64,000 bases of DNA from contig JASLWO010000028.1 of assembly GCA_030740795.1 (NCBI GenBank), positions 8,223 through 72,222 of the forward strand, written 5' to 3'. The position numbers and the translations under genes are program-made. The DNA is from Acidimicrobiales bacterium. Its GTDB lineage: Bacteria > Actinomycetota > Acidimicrobiia > Acidimicrobiales > UBA8592. Positions 40,719 through 49,706 of this stretch are shown here, piece after piece. The stretch's first letter is position 1; each line of letters opens with the position of its first letter. The notes beneath the pieces were generated by a model, which saw only the letters and a program-made list of their open reading frames with translations, was not told where the DNA came from and made no database searches.

Positions 40719-41075
40719 CAGTTTAACGCTTCCAAAGTCATCCCCTGAAGGACTCCTAAGGTTTGGTTCCGCTCCTCTTACGATTTGCTTTTCAATTCCC
40801 ACCATTCCCCTAAGGTCATGGTTTGATTTGATTTCACTTTCCTCCTTGCGGATTCTTGTGAGAACCCATCTGGCCCTAAAGCCTGATGTCGGTCTGATTT
40901 GGTTTCTGCCCTAAGGCTTCTTCCTTCTCAGTTGATCTTATCTTTCGACTTGATCCCGTTAAACCTGTTCCGATGGCCGTTCACACTTTCCTTTAGCCGA
41001 ACTTTCCCGGATATCGATGCTGCCACCGCTCCCGTTGAGCTTTGCTAATCTCTAGTGCGCCGTTGTCATCGGCGT
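40663..41075 (-). ncRNA. Unassigned ~413-nt structured non-coding RNA candidate
   Basis: ORF-free 600-bp gap; promoter, terminator, many short stems with GNRA/UUAG loops and a long-range 8-bp helix (40957-40964 with 40721-40728). Confidence 0.72.
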
Positions 41076-41081
41076 AGAGTT

Positions 41082-41110
41082 ACTTTTACATGTTCTGGCA
41101 AGTTCGTCAA
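41082..41110 (-). promoter_or_regulatory. SigA-type promoter of the ncRNA candidate
   Basis: TTGACG, 17-nt spacer ending in TGt, then AAAAGT (imperfect -10); purine TSS at 41075. Confidence 0.55.
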
Positions 41111-41121
41111 GTTGTTTTATG

Positions 41122-41193
41122 AAATCCTCAACTTTTCCACAATAAAAACATAGAATTCCACAAAAAACTTGCTCTAATCACAACTTATCCACA
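41122..41193 (+). promoter_or_regulatory. Cluster of DnaA-box-like 9-mers
   Basis: TTATCCACA (41185-41193, perfect), TTTTCCACA (41133-41141), weaker AATTCCACA (41154), CTAATCACA (41174), AAATCCTCA (41122); all in the same orientation. Confidence 0.5.
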
Positions 41194-41225
41194 CGAAAAA
41201 AACTTCTGAATTGTTCCTGTATTGG

Positions 41226-41657
41226 TTAAGAGGCGAAAAGCATGTCTGGGTTTTCAAATGATTTGAACTCTAACGCATTGCCAGAAGGATCTTTCAGGAA
41301 CATAGACCATTGTTCTCCTGAGGTTCCCTTGAATCGTAATTTTGGAGGTATTTCGAATTTCCAACCTTCTCTTGAAATCCTATCTGCTAGTTGTTTCCAC
41401 TCAACTACTGAAAGGACAACTCCAAAATGAGGGACAGGAACTTTGTCCCCGTCGACAAAATTATTGGAGAAGTTTTGATTACAACTTTCATTATCAATAT
41501 GGGCCACTATTTGGTGTCCGAACAAATTAAAGTCTACCCAGGAGTCGGAAGACCGACCTTCCGTAGCTCCTAATACGGATTTGTAGAAAGAACGAGTGGA
41601 AGTAAGGTCATTCACCGGAAATGCCAAGTGAAATGGACGCATGCTCTTCATTTCCAA
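41226..41657 (-). CDS. VOC/glyoxalase-family protein
   Basis: PFHLAFPV, FGHQIVAH, VPVPHFG, DPSGNALEFK. Confidence 0.88.
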   Translation of the reverse strand: MEMKSMRPFHLAFPVNDLTSTRSFYKSVLGATEGRSSDSWVDFNLFGHQIVAHIDNESCNQNFSNNFVDGDKVPVPHFGVVLSVVEWKQLADRISREGWKFEIPPKLRFKGTSGEQWSMFLKDPSGNALEFKSFENPDMLFAS

Positions 41658-42403
41658 ATTCCTCGTTGCTGATAAATTTCTTTTAGAGTTTCGGGTTTAT
41701 CAGTCATTATTCCGTCAACTCCGTAGTCAAGTAGTTGAGAAATATTTTCTGGGTCATTTATAGTCCAGGCGTGGATGACTTTGCCTAGGCGATGTACCCG
41801 TTGTACGAATTTTGGAGTAATGAGTGGAATGCCTTTGATTTTCATTGGAACCTGAACGCAATCACCTACAGGTAATCGGTGCTTCCCTATAAACCGCCCT
41901 AGTTGTATTTTCGATATTCCTGTAGGTCCCATACCAGTGCACAAATCCTCACCCAAGCTTTGGGATATGTGATGAATTCTAGAATCTGAAAATGAAGCGA
42001 CACACACTCGATGGATGGATTTTGTCTCCTTTATTACCTTAATAAGAGGTTCAACAGCGGCGTCGTGTTTAGGGTCAATATTAAATTTTGCTTGAGGGAA
42101 TTCTTCAAGCAGTTCGACTAGTAATGGAATCCTTTCCTTACCTCCGATTTTTGCCTTTGAAACTTCCGAATAGGTTAGATCGGCGATTGCTCCGGTTCCA
42201 TCAGTCACCCGATCCAAGATATGGTCATGGAATGCTATTAGTGATCCATCTTTGGTTGCGTGTACGTCTGTTTCTAAATATTTGAAACCCATTGAAATAG
42301 CAGTCTTGAACGCACTCATTGAATTTTCAGGAGCTTCTAAGGCTCCGCCGCGATGGGCGAACGCTAGGGGATAATCCGACTTGAGAAACTCTTTTTTAAG
42401 CAT
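41648..42403 (-). CDS. Glycerophosphodiester phosphodiesterase
   Basis: AHRGG..APEN, ETDV..TKDG, FHD, WTIND, DGIMTD. Confidence 0.92.
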   Translation of the reverse strand: MLKKEFLKSDYPLAFAHRGGALEAPENSMSAFKTAISMGFKYLETDVHATKDGSLIAFHDHILDRVTDGTGAIADLTYSEVSKAKIGGKERIPLLVELLEEFPQAKFNIDPKHDAAVEPLIKVIKETKSIHRVCVASFSDSRIHHISQSLGEDLCTGMGPTGISKIQLGRFIGKHRLPVGDCVQVPMKIKGIPLITPKFVQRVHRLGKVIHAWTINDPENISQLLDYGVDGIMTDKPETLKEIYQQRGIWK

Positions 42404-42535
42404 TTGCGATTATTTCGCGTGCGTGTAAAAAAAGTATGCAAAGGCTAATGAAATTGATCATGAATATATGGTACTGAAAGTTTAAATTTTTGATGGATCG
42501 CCACGCTTTTGGCACCTATTCTGTAGCGTTGAACT

Positions 42536-43978
42536 ATGCAAAGACGGACAAAAATCATAGCGACTATCGGGCCCGCTAGCGAATCTGAACCAGCACTACG
42601 GAAACTCGTTGATGCCGGAATGGACGTGGCCCGATTAGGCTTAGCCCATGGGACTTTGGAAGAAGCTCTAGACCGTTATCACCGTATTCGCCAGGTAGCA
42701 TCCGACATGTCTAAGAGAGTAGGGATTCTGGTTGACCTACCAGGTCCTAAGATACGTGCTGCTTCTTTTCCAGATGATGGATCTGAATTAATCAAAGGTG
42801 ATGAAATCAAGATAGTCCCTGGTTCAATCGGTTCAAGTGGAAAAATAGTCGAAGTGGAATATGAGAACGTTTTGGAAGATCTTCTGCCCGGAGATGTCCT
42901 CCCTTTTGGAGATGGTCAAGTAGTGGTTCGAGTGGAAAATCTTTCAGGAAATGGAGTAACAGCGATAATAACTAGCGGCGGCAGATTGCATGGACGTCCC
43001 GGTATTCGTATTCCATCTGAGAGACTTAGTCTCCCTACTCCGACTGACGAAGATTTGCGCAAGCTAGATGCATTCGTTGACGTCGGAGTGGACATGGTTG
43101 CAGTCAGCTATGTTCGCTCAGCACACGATGTGCGTCGCGTCGGAACTGAACCACACCCACGGGGCCCACTTGTAGTAGCGAAAATTGAAACTAAATCAGC
43201 TGTTGAAAACCTTGAAGGAATTATTGAAGCCTCAGCAGCAATTATGGTTGCTCGAGGAGATTTGGGAACTGAATTTGACCTAGCAGATCTGCCACACTTG
43301 CAAAAGAAAATCATTGCAGAATGTATTGCTGGCGGGTTGCCAGTGATTACAGCGACACAGATGCTTGATTCAATGATCCAAAACTCCTCACCAACCCGCG
43401 CTGAAGCATCTGATGTCGCAAATGCAGTATTTGATGGTACATCTGCCGTGATGCTTTCCGGAGAAACGGCAATCGGCGAGTACGCAGTTGAATCTGTTGA
43501 AACAATGGCGAGAATAGCTCAAAGAGCCGATGAAGCTTTCGATTACGGTCGCTGGGCAGAACGTGTTGCGGAACTCAGGAAAGATAGCGAGACTGAAGCA
43601 TCCAATGGAGGATCGCAAGGTATTACCGATGCTATGACCTTAGCAACATGGCGAGCAGCCAACGAACTTGAATTGGCGGCGCTGCTTTGTATATCCGGTT
43701 CAGGTTTCACTGTCCGTTCTATGGCTCGTTTCCGACCTAACGTTCCAATTCTTGGCATGACTATGGATGAGAGAACTGCTCAGCAGTTGACATTAAGTTG
43801 GGGTGTAACGCCAATTACTATCACTGGAGAATTGGGCTATGAAACTCGGATTAAGAACGCAATAGAAATGGCCAAATCAGAAGGGCATTTGGAAACCAAT
43901 GACTTGATTGGGGTTTTGGCAGGTATAACAGGTGACTCTCCGGCAACAGATGTACTTCGCATAATGAGAGTTCCATAA
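42536..43978 (+). CDS. pyk: Pyruvate kinase
   Basis: RRTKIIATIGPAS, DLPGPKIR, AKIE, MVARGDLG, TRAE.SDVANA, MLSGETA. Confidence 0.96.
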   Translation: MQRRTKIIATIGPASESEPALRKLVDAGMDVARLGLAHGTLEEALDRYHRIRQVASDMSKRVGILVDLPGPKIRAASFPDDGSELIKGDEIKIVPGSIGSSGKIVEVEYENVLEDLLPGDVLPFGDGQVVVRVENLSGNGVTAIITSGGRLHGRPGIRIPSERLSLPTPTDEDLRKLDAFVDVGVDMVAVSYVRSAHDVRRVGTEPHPRGPLVVAKIETKSAVENLEGIIEASAAIMVARGDLGTEFDLADLPHLQKKIIAECIAGGLPVITATQMLDSMIQNSSPTRAEASDVANAVFDGTSAVMLSGETAIGEYAVESVETMARIAQRADEAFDYGRWAERVAELRKDSETEASNGGSQGITDAMTLATWRAANELELAALLCISGSGFTVRSMARFRPNVPILGMTMDERTAQQLTLSWGVTPITITGELGYETRIKNAIEMAKSEGHLETNDLIGVLAGITGDSPATDVLRIMRVP

Positions 43979-43988
43979 AGAGGTCAAA

Positions 43989-44468
43989 GTGAACGAGGTA
44001 AATCTAAATAGGGGAGGACCACCGGAAATTGTTCTTCCGAATGAAAGCCGACGAGTCCTTGATGCTATAGAAACTGCCATATCGTTACAGAATACAGATG
44101 ACTCTGTTGATCAATTACTTAACCTCGCTGAGTTAAACCCAGATTCAATAGCAATTTGGACCCAACTAGGGGTTCTGAGTTCGGAAAAAATGCAAGCATA
44201 CGCGTTCTTTCGACTGGCGTATCACAGGGGCCTAGATGCGCTTCGAAAAAACGGTTGGCGAGGTTCTGGTTTCGTCAGATGGAGCAGCATCTCAAACAGG
44301 TATTTTCTGCGAGCTCTTCATGGACTAGAAAAACTTTCCGAGGAGATAGGCGATTCTGAGGAAGCTGCGAGATGTCACCTTTTTTTACTCCAACTAGAAC
44401 CACTTTGGGAATCAGTATCTCCAGATTATGGTTCTGAACTTAATTACATTCCCGCATCTGGAGAATAG
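43989..44468 (+). CDS. DUF3151-family protein
   Basis: AYA..R.AYHRGLDALRKNGWRGSG.V.W...NR.FLR. Confidence 0.8.
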   Translation: MNEVNLNRGGPPEIVLPNESRRVLDAIETAISLQNTDDSVDQLLNLAELNPDSIAIWTQLGVLSSEKMQAYAFFRLAYHRGLDALRKNGWRGSGFVRWSSISNRYFLRALHGLEKLSEEIGDSEEAARCHLFLLQLEPLWESVSPDYGSELNYIPASGE

Positions 44469-44470
44469 CA

Positions 44471-45022
44471 GTGCAATTCTCAGGTGTAGTCCTCAACGGA
44501 GGCAACTCATCTCGGATGGGGACAAACAAGTCGGGGATTGACTTTAAGGAGGGGCGTTTGATTGATGTAGCTTTAAATGCTCTTAAAGGCGCTGGAGCTG
44601 CAGAGGTAATTATCGTAGGTGGAGACATAGGCATCGCCGATCGTTCACATGGTGCATCATATTGCAAGGACCTTTATCCTGGCGAAGGACCTCTTGGAGG
44701 AATAATAACTGCGCTGACTTACTCGAAATTTGAAATTGTCATAACACTCGCGTGTGACCACATGTATTTAACGGCTGAAATAATCGGAGAATGTCTTTCA
44801 CAGTTGGAGAACTATGAGATTTCTTGCCCAGTAATCGGTGATACCAAGCAGGTTTTATGTTCAGTTTGGCGGAAATCAGCACTCAATCAACTTCAAGATA
44901 GTTACAGCTCAGGAAACCGTTCAGTCATGCACGCAATAGAACGGATGAGATGCAGGTCATTTAAAATCTCTAATCCAGATTTGCTGCGAACAGCAAATAC
45001 CCCAGATGAATTGTCCGAATGA
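44471..45022 (+). CDS. mobA: Molybdenum cofactor guanylyltransferase
   Basis: GGNSSRMGTNK, GPLGGI, ACD, NTP. Confidence 0.85.
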   Translation: MQFSGVVLNGGNSSRMGTNKSGIDFKEGRLIDVALNALKGAGAAEVIIVGGDIGIADRSHGASYCKDLYPGEGPLGGIITALTYSKFEIVITLACDHMYLTAEIIGECLSQLENYEISCPVIGDTKQVLCSVWRKSALNQLQDSYSSGNRSVMHAIERMRCRSFKISNPDLLRTANTPDELSE

Positions 45023-45063
45023 CTATGGTTGTAGAATCATTCCATTAGATAGGTAGTGAAACC

Positions 45064-45411
45064 TTGGGAAATATACAAGAAATAGATATCAATGAATTGG
45101 CAGAATTGGAACTAGATAATATATGTCTAATTGATGTCCGAGAAGAGTACGAATTTGTAGAAATGAGAGTTCCTGGAGCGCGATTGCTCCCACTAGCCGA
45201 AGTTCAAGACAATCTTGAAGCCTTTCCGTTGGGGACTCCTGTATATCTAATTTGTGCAAGCGGGAATCGCTCTGGAATCGCTGGGGAGTTTCTAGCTGAA
45301 CATAAGATTGAGGTAATCAATATAGCGGGAGGAACAAAAGGATGGGTGGCTTCAGGTCGAGAGTATCTATGCGGAGACGGTGACTTACCAATGTTTGTTG
45401 GTTCGGGATGA
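45064..45411 (+). CDS. Rhodanese-like sulfurtransferase
   Basis: IDVRE..E, VPGA, CASGNRS, GG..GW. Confidence 0.88.
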   Translation: MGNIQEIDINELAELELDNICLIDVREEYEFVEMRVPGARLLPLAEVQDNLEAFPLGTPVYLICASGNRSGIAGEFLAEHKIEVINIAGGTKGWVASGREYLCGDGDLPMFVGSG

Positions 45412-46568
45412 ATCCCAAAGAAATAGAACCGAGGACTATTGATAACCAAAATGATTTAAATGCAGTCGTCAACGAACTCCAAAAGGTGGAAAGCTATGCC
45501 ATCGATACAGAGTTCCATCGAGAGAAAACCTATTATCCACGTCTTGCTCTAGTTCAGATTCGTTGGGGTTCCAACATTGTCCTAATTGATCCGTTGAAAG
45601 TGGATCTTCAGGTGCTATCAACTGTATTCAAATCGGGATCACTTGCAATCTTTCATGCCGGTTCCCAAGATCTTGAAGTTCTGTTGAGAGCTGTGGGTGA
45701 ACTCCCAGTGAAAATCTTTGATACTCAAATAGCAGCCGGATTTATAGGAATGAGAACTCCTTCGCTTGCTGCACTTCATGAAACTCTGATAGGTGTTAAG
45801 TTGACAAAAGGAGATCGACTAACTGATTGGTTTCAACGGCCTCTTACAGACAATCAAAGAGAATACGCCGCATCTGATGTTAGATATTTATTGGAAATCC
45901 ATCAGAAGCTAGTAGGAGAACTTCAGACCCGTCATCGCTTAGATTGGGCGCAATCGGAATTTCAAATTTTTTTGGATAAACGTCAGAAGATAGTTGAACC
46001 TATTGACGCTTGGGTGCGCATCAAGGAAGCGAAACATCTTAACAAGAAGGCAAGAGGAGTAGCTCAAGCATTGGCTGAATGGCGTGAAATCACAGCGAAG
46101 CGTAATGACATACCTCCAAGATTTGTCTTATCTGATTTAGCTTTAGTAGGTGTGGCGCAACGAATGCCCAATGATGTCAGCGACCTCGTTAACATTCGGG
46201 GACTTGATGCGAAACAATATACGGGGCGCAAGTCTGACAACATACTTGAGATAGTAAAAGACGGGCTAACTAGAGATGTAAAGAAGCCTGCATCCAAATC
46301 ACCAAATAGCCTCAACGCTGAGCTGAGACCGGCTATAACTCTATTATCGGCATGGTTATCTCAATACGCAAGCGATAATGATCTAGATCCAGCCCTATTG
46401 GGAACAAGGTCTGATATAGAAGAGTTACTTCGCGGTGATAGTAATCCTCGTTTGGGTGAGGGGTGGAGGCATAAAGAAGTTGGGGAACCTATTAGCAATC
46501 TTTTGAATGGTAAAGCTGCACTTGCATTTTCCAATGGTCGACTTCTTCTAGAGAAACGGATAACTTAA
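45408..46568 (+). CDS. rnd: Ribonuclease D (3'-5' exonuclease + HRDC)
   Basis: AIDTEF.REKTYYP, FDTQIAA, DW..RPL, YAASDV, HRDC segment. Confidence 0.92.
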   Translation: MNPKEIEPRTIDNQNDLNAVVNELQKVESYAIDTEFHREKTYYPRLALVQIRWGSNIVLIDPLKVDLQVLSTVFKSGSLAIFHAGSQDLEVLLRAVGELPVKIFDTQIAAGFIGMRTPSLAALHETLIGVKLTKGDRLTDWFQRPLTDNQREYAASDVRYLLEIHQKLVGELQTRHRLDWAQSEFQIFLDKRQKIVEPIDAWVRIKEAKHLNKKARGVAQALAEWREITAKRNDIPPRFVLSDLALVGVAQRMPNDVSDLVNIRGLDAKQYTGRKSDNILEIVKDGLTRDVKKPASKSPNSLNAELRPAITLLSAWLSQYASDNDLDPALLGTRSDIEELLRGDSNPRLGEGWRHKEVGEPISNLLNGKAALAFSNGRLLLEKRIT

Positions 46569-46659
46569 ACTGCGATTGATATTGCACAATTTAAGTTGGG
46601 TTTGGTCTAGACTGATTAAGTTCATCCGCAGGGTAGAAGTGACCTTTTTGGAGGTAGCG

Positions 46660-46830
46660 ATGAAAAAAGGGCGACACCGAAGATACGAAGAAGCTCGAGC
46701 ATTAAAGCAACAGAACGACCAATTGGATGATTTGTTCTCAGAGAATGAACTTCCATGCGACGAATGTGATGCTCTCCCCGGACAAGATCATAAAGAATGG
46801 TGCATGGCACAAACCACAACTGAACTGTAG
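46660..46830 (+). CDS. Small hypothetical protein with CxxC..H..C motif (56 aa)
   Basis: GGAGG SD before ATG 46660; MKKGRHRRYEEAR...CDECDALPGQDHKEWC. Confidence 0.6.
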   Translation: MKKGRHRRYEEARALKQQNDQLDDLFSENELPCDECDALPGQDHKEWCMAQTTTEL

Positions 46831-46840
46831 ATTTGAGAAC

Positions 46841-49216
46841 TTATTCTGCTTGAACAGGAATGGGGGTTCGTTGTTTTGAGATTGTAGGATCCACTATCTC
46901 ATATAGCGTTGAGCGCTGTATTAATTCACGCCCCAAGGAATCACATAATTTCTTGAATTCATCCTCAGTTATCATTTGCCCATGTTTTGCACCAGCGGCG
47001 CGTGATATGTTTTCGCCATTCAGAGTTCCACCGACATCGTTAACACCTGCTTGGAGCATCTGGGACATTCCATTAATTCCGATTTTAACCCATGACGCTT
47101 GAATATTTCCGATATGTCCGTGGTACGTGATCCTTGCCACAGCATGCAAAAGTAAATTTTCCCGGAATGTCGGCCCTCTTCTCGCTCGCTTTTTGAGATA
47201 TATCGGAGATGCCATATGGACAAATGGGAGACCCACAAACTCTGTAAACCCCCCAGTTTCTTTTTGTAAGGAGCGCGTAGCAATGAGGTGCTTTGCCCAA
47301 TGAATGGGGTTCTCAACGCTACCGAACATCATTGTAACATTTGACTTTAAGCCAACTCCGTGAGCTACTCTGTGAGCTTCGAGCCACTCTTCAGTACTGA
47401 TCTTGTCGGGGCATAATATCTCCCGTATTTCGTCATCTAGGATCTCCGCTGCTGTACCAGGAAGGGATTTTAGTCCAGCCTCTTGTGCTCGTTTGAGGTA
47501 AGACTCCAAAGGCTCGTTTAATCTTTTGGCCCCTTCAGTGATTTCTAGGGCCGTAAAACCATGAATATGGAGATCTGGTAACTCATCGTGGATTGCTTGG
47601 CACATGTCTATATAGTAATTTCCGTCAAAATCAGGATGGATTCCTCCTTGTAAGCAAACTTCAGTAGCTCCATTGCAATACGCCTCCGAAGCCTTTGCAA
47701 TAATTTCTTCCAAACTATGTAGATAGGGTTTCCCTCTTAGGTTTAAAGAAAGTGGCCCTTTCGAGAATCCACAAAACTGGCATTTGAAGGTGCAAACGTT
47801 CGTATAATTTATGTTGCAATTAGAAACATAAGTTACTTTGTTTCCGTTAACTTCAGACCGCAAGGAGTCTGCCAGTTTAGCCACTGCTCTGACTTCACTT
47901 CCTCGAGCTCGCAACAAAGAAAGAATTTGCGGTAATTCAACTTCCTGACCCGACAAGACACCATTCGTGATCTCTTCTATCTCTGATGACGATTTTGCAT
48001 GACCGGCTAGAAGATTTAGAGGGGTGACAATTGACCCTGAATACCACTGTGTCGAGTCTTCACCGACTTGGGCTACTTCTGCGCCGTCCTCAACGTTTGT
48101 TTTGAACTCTATTCTTTCAGGAAATATGGCACCAGGATCGTCGCGACCTAACCACTCACTATCCGATCGGTCAAGTACAGCGAACTGAAGATCTTCATGT
48201 ACCCATTTCTTTGAATTCGTCGCATATTCTGGGTAAATGGTTAGACGGGGAGCGAGGAAGTGTCCATAATTTTCTGTGACAGCAGAGATGCGATCAAGAG
48301 CTGGCCAAGGTCTTTCTGGGTTCACATGATCTGAAGTTACTGGAGATACACCACCCCAATCGTCAATTCCTGCTTCTATAAGGAGCCCGAAGTCATCTGA
48401 AAGATTAGGTGGAGCTTGAACGTGGATATCTTCTGGCAATATAAGGCGAGCTAGTGCAATAGCTTCGAGGTAACTGTCGGTGGGGCAAGGTTTCCGTCTA
48501 TGCATTCGAGTTCCATTTTTTGGTAGAAAATTTTGTACTATCACTTCTTGGATATGGCCGTGTCTTTCATGGGAGGCAGCGATCGCTTCAATCGTTTCGA
48601 TTCTGTCAGATCGTGACTCACCGATACCGACAAGCAAACCAGTTGTGAATGGGATACTCAATTTCCCGGCTGCTTCAAGAGTTTCTAATCTACGCCATGG
48701 TTCTTTATCTGGTGAGCCTTGATGGCATTCCAGGTTGCCGTTCATTGTTTCCAGCATCATCCCTTGGGATGGAGAAACTTCTCTTAACATAGTTAGTTCT
48801 TCTATTGAGATAGCTCCAGCGTTTGCGTGCGGCAGTAAACCGGTTTCTTCTCTAACTAATTTCGCCATTGCGTGCAAGTAGTGAATCGTGCTTTTGAACC
48901 CATTGTCTGTTAGCCAAGAGTGCGCCGCTGGGTATCGTAGTTCTGGTTTTTCTCCAAGAGTGAATAACGCTTCATGACATCCAGCCTTCGCACCTTTATA
49001 TGCAATAGCTATGACTTCCTCTGGAGAGAGGAACGGCGCCGTAACTCTTGCTGGAGGTTGGGCGAATGTACAGTAACCACATTTATCTCTGCATAAGTGA
49101 GTTAAGGGAATGAATACCTTTGGAGAATATGTAATTCGTTTCCCAAACGTTTGGTCTCTTTTCTTGCCTGCATCATGAAGTAAGGAGGTTAACGATTGCG
49201 AAATTAACTGAGTCAT
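46841..49216 (-). CDS. fbiC: Bifunctional FO synthase CofG-CofH (F420 biosynthesis)
   Basis: Two radical-SAM motifs (CRDKCGYC; CTFKCQFC), GIDDWGGVSP, PGTAAEILDD. Confidence 0.93.
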   Translation of the reverse strand: MTQLISQSLTSLLHDAGKKRDQTFGKRITYSPKVFIPLTHLCRDKCGYCTFAQPPARVTAPFLSPEEVIAIAYKGAKAGCHEALFTLGEKPELRYPAAHSWLTDNGFKSTIHYLHAMAKLVREETGLLPHANAGAISIEELTMLREVSPSQGMMLETMNGNLECHQGSPDKEPWRRLETLEAAGKLSIPFTTGLLVGIGESRSDRIETIEAIAASHERHGHIQEVIVQNFLPKNGTRMHRRKPCPTDSYLEAIALARLILPEDIHVQAPPNLSDDFGLLIEAGIDDWGGVSPVTSDHVNPERPWPALDRISAVTENYGHFLAPRLTIYPEYATNSKKWVHEDLQFAVLDRSDSEWLGRDDPGAIFPERIEFKTNVEDGAEVAQVGEDSTQWYSGSIVTPLNLLAGHAKSSSEIEEITNGVLSGQEVELPQILSLLRARGSEVRAVAKLADSLRSEVNGNKVTYVSNCNINYTNVCTFKCQFCGFSKGPLSLNLRGKPYLHSLEEIIAKASEAYCNGATEVCLQGGIHPDFDGNYYIDMCQAIHDELPDLHIHGFTALEITEGAKRLNEPLESYLKRAQEAGLKSLPGTAAEILDDEIREILCPDKISTEEWLEAHRVAHGVGLKSNVTMMFGSVENPIHWAKHLIATRSLQKETGGFTEFVGLPFVHMASPIYLKKRARRGPTFRENLLLHAVARITYHGHIGNIQASWVKIGINGMSQMLQAGVNDVGGTLNGENISRAAGAKHGQMITEDEFKKLCDSLGRELIQRSTLYEIVDPTISKQRTPIPVQAE

Positions 49217-49695
49217 GCGTACTTCTTCAAATTCGTGGTTCCACCAGGTCTACTAGAAATTTGATCTGGTGAAACATGGGCTTTGCATTGAGGGCAATGG
49301 GTGATCTGCTGTAAAGCAGTATCACAAACAGAATGAGTCAAAATCGTTGGCGGTTTACCCTCGGCATACCAGCGGTCACCCCAATGCATAAGAGCTATGA
49401 GTGAAGGCGAAAGATCAATTCCCTTCTCAGTTAAATAGTATTCATGTCGTACAGGGTTCGTTTGATATGGCTGCTGATGTACCACGCCAGCGATATTAAG
49501 TTTATTTAACCGATCACTGAGGATATTTTTTGCGATTCCCAGATCTTTACGAAGTTGCTCAAATCTTCGTACACCACGGAAAAGATCTCGAAGGATGAGC
49601 ATCGACCACCGGTCTCCAATGACTGACAGAGTTGAATCAATCGAGCAGTCGGTTTGATCTTGTTTCACCTGATAAGAATAGCAGCTCGGTTTCAA
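49213..49695 (-). CDS. HxlR-family winged-helix regulator
   Basis: CSI..TL.VIGDRWSMLILR, RHEYYLTEKG. Confidence 0.9.
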   Translation of the reverse strand: MKPSCYSYQVKQDQTDCSIDSTLSVIGDRWSMLILRDLFRGVRRFEQLRKDLGIAKNILSDRLNKLNIAGVVHQQPYQTNPVRHEYYLTEKGIDLSPSLIALMHWGDRWYAEGKPPTILTHSVCDTALQQITHCPQCKAHVSPDQISSRPGGTTNLKKYA

Positions 49696-49706
49696 ATTGC
49701 AACCGA

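Noticed and set aside
40681-40916. CRISPR array suggested by repeated cctaa(gg) and ttggtttctgcc
   Set aside because: Repeats are short, degenerate and irregularly spaced, and there are no cas genes.
40663-41075. RNase P RNA, tmRNA, SRP, 6S or cobalamin riboswitch as identity of the ncRNA
   Set aside because: GAGGAAAGU occurs but is not followed by CC, and the 3' P4 partner is missing. There are no tRNA-like ends or tag ORF, it is multi-branched rather than a single long rod, and no B12-box is recognisable.
41122-41193. Chromosomal origin oriC
   Set aside because: Only two good boxes, and no dnaA/dnaN/rpmH/parAB context.
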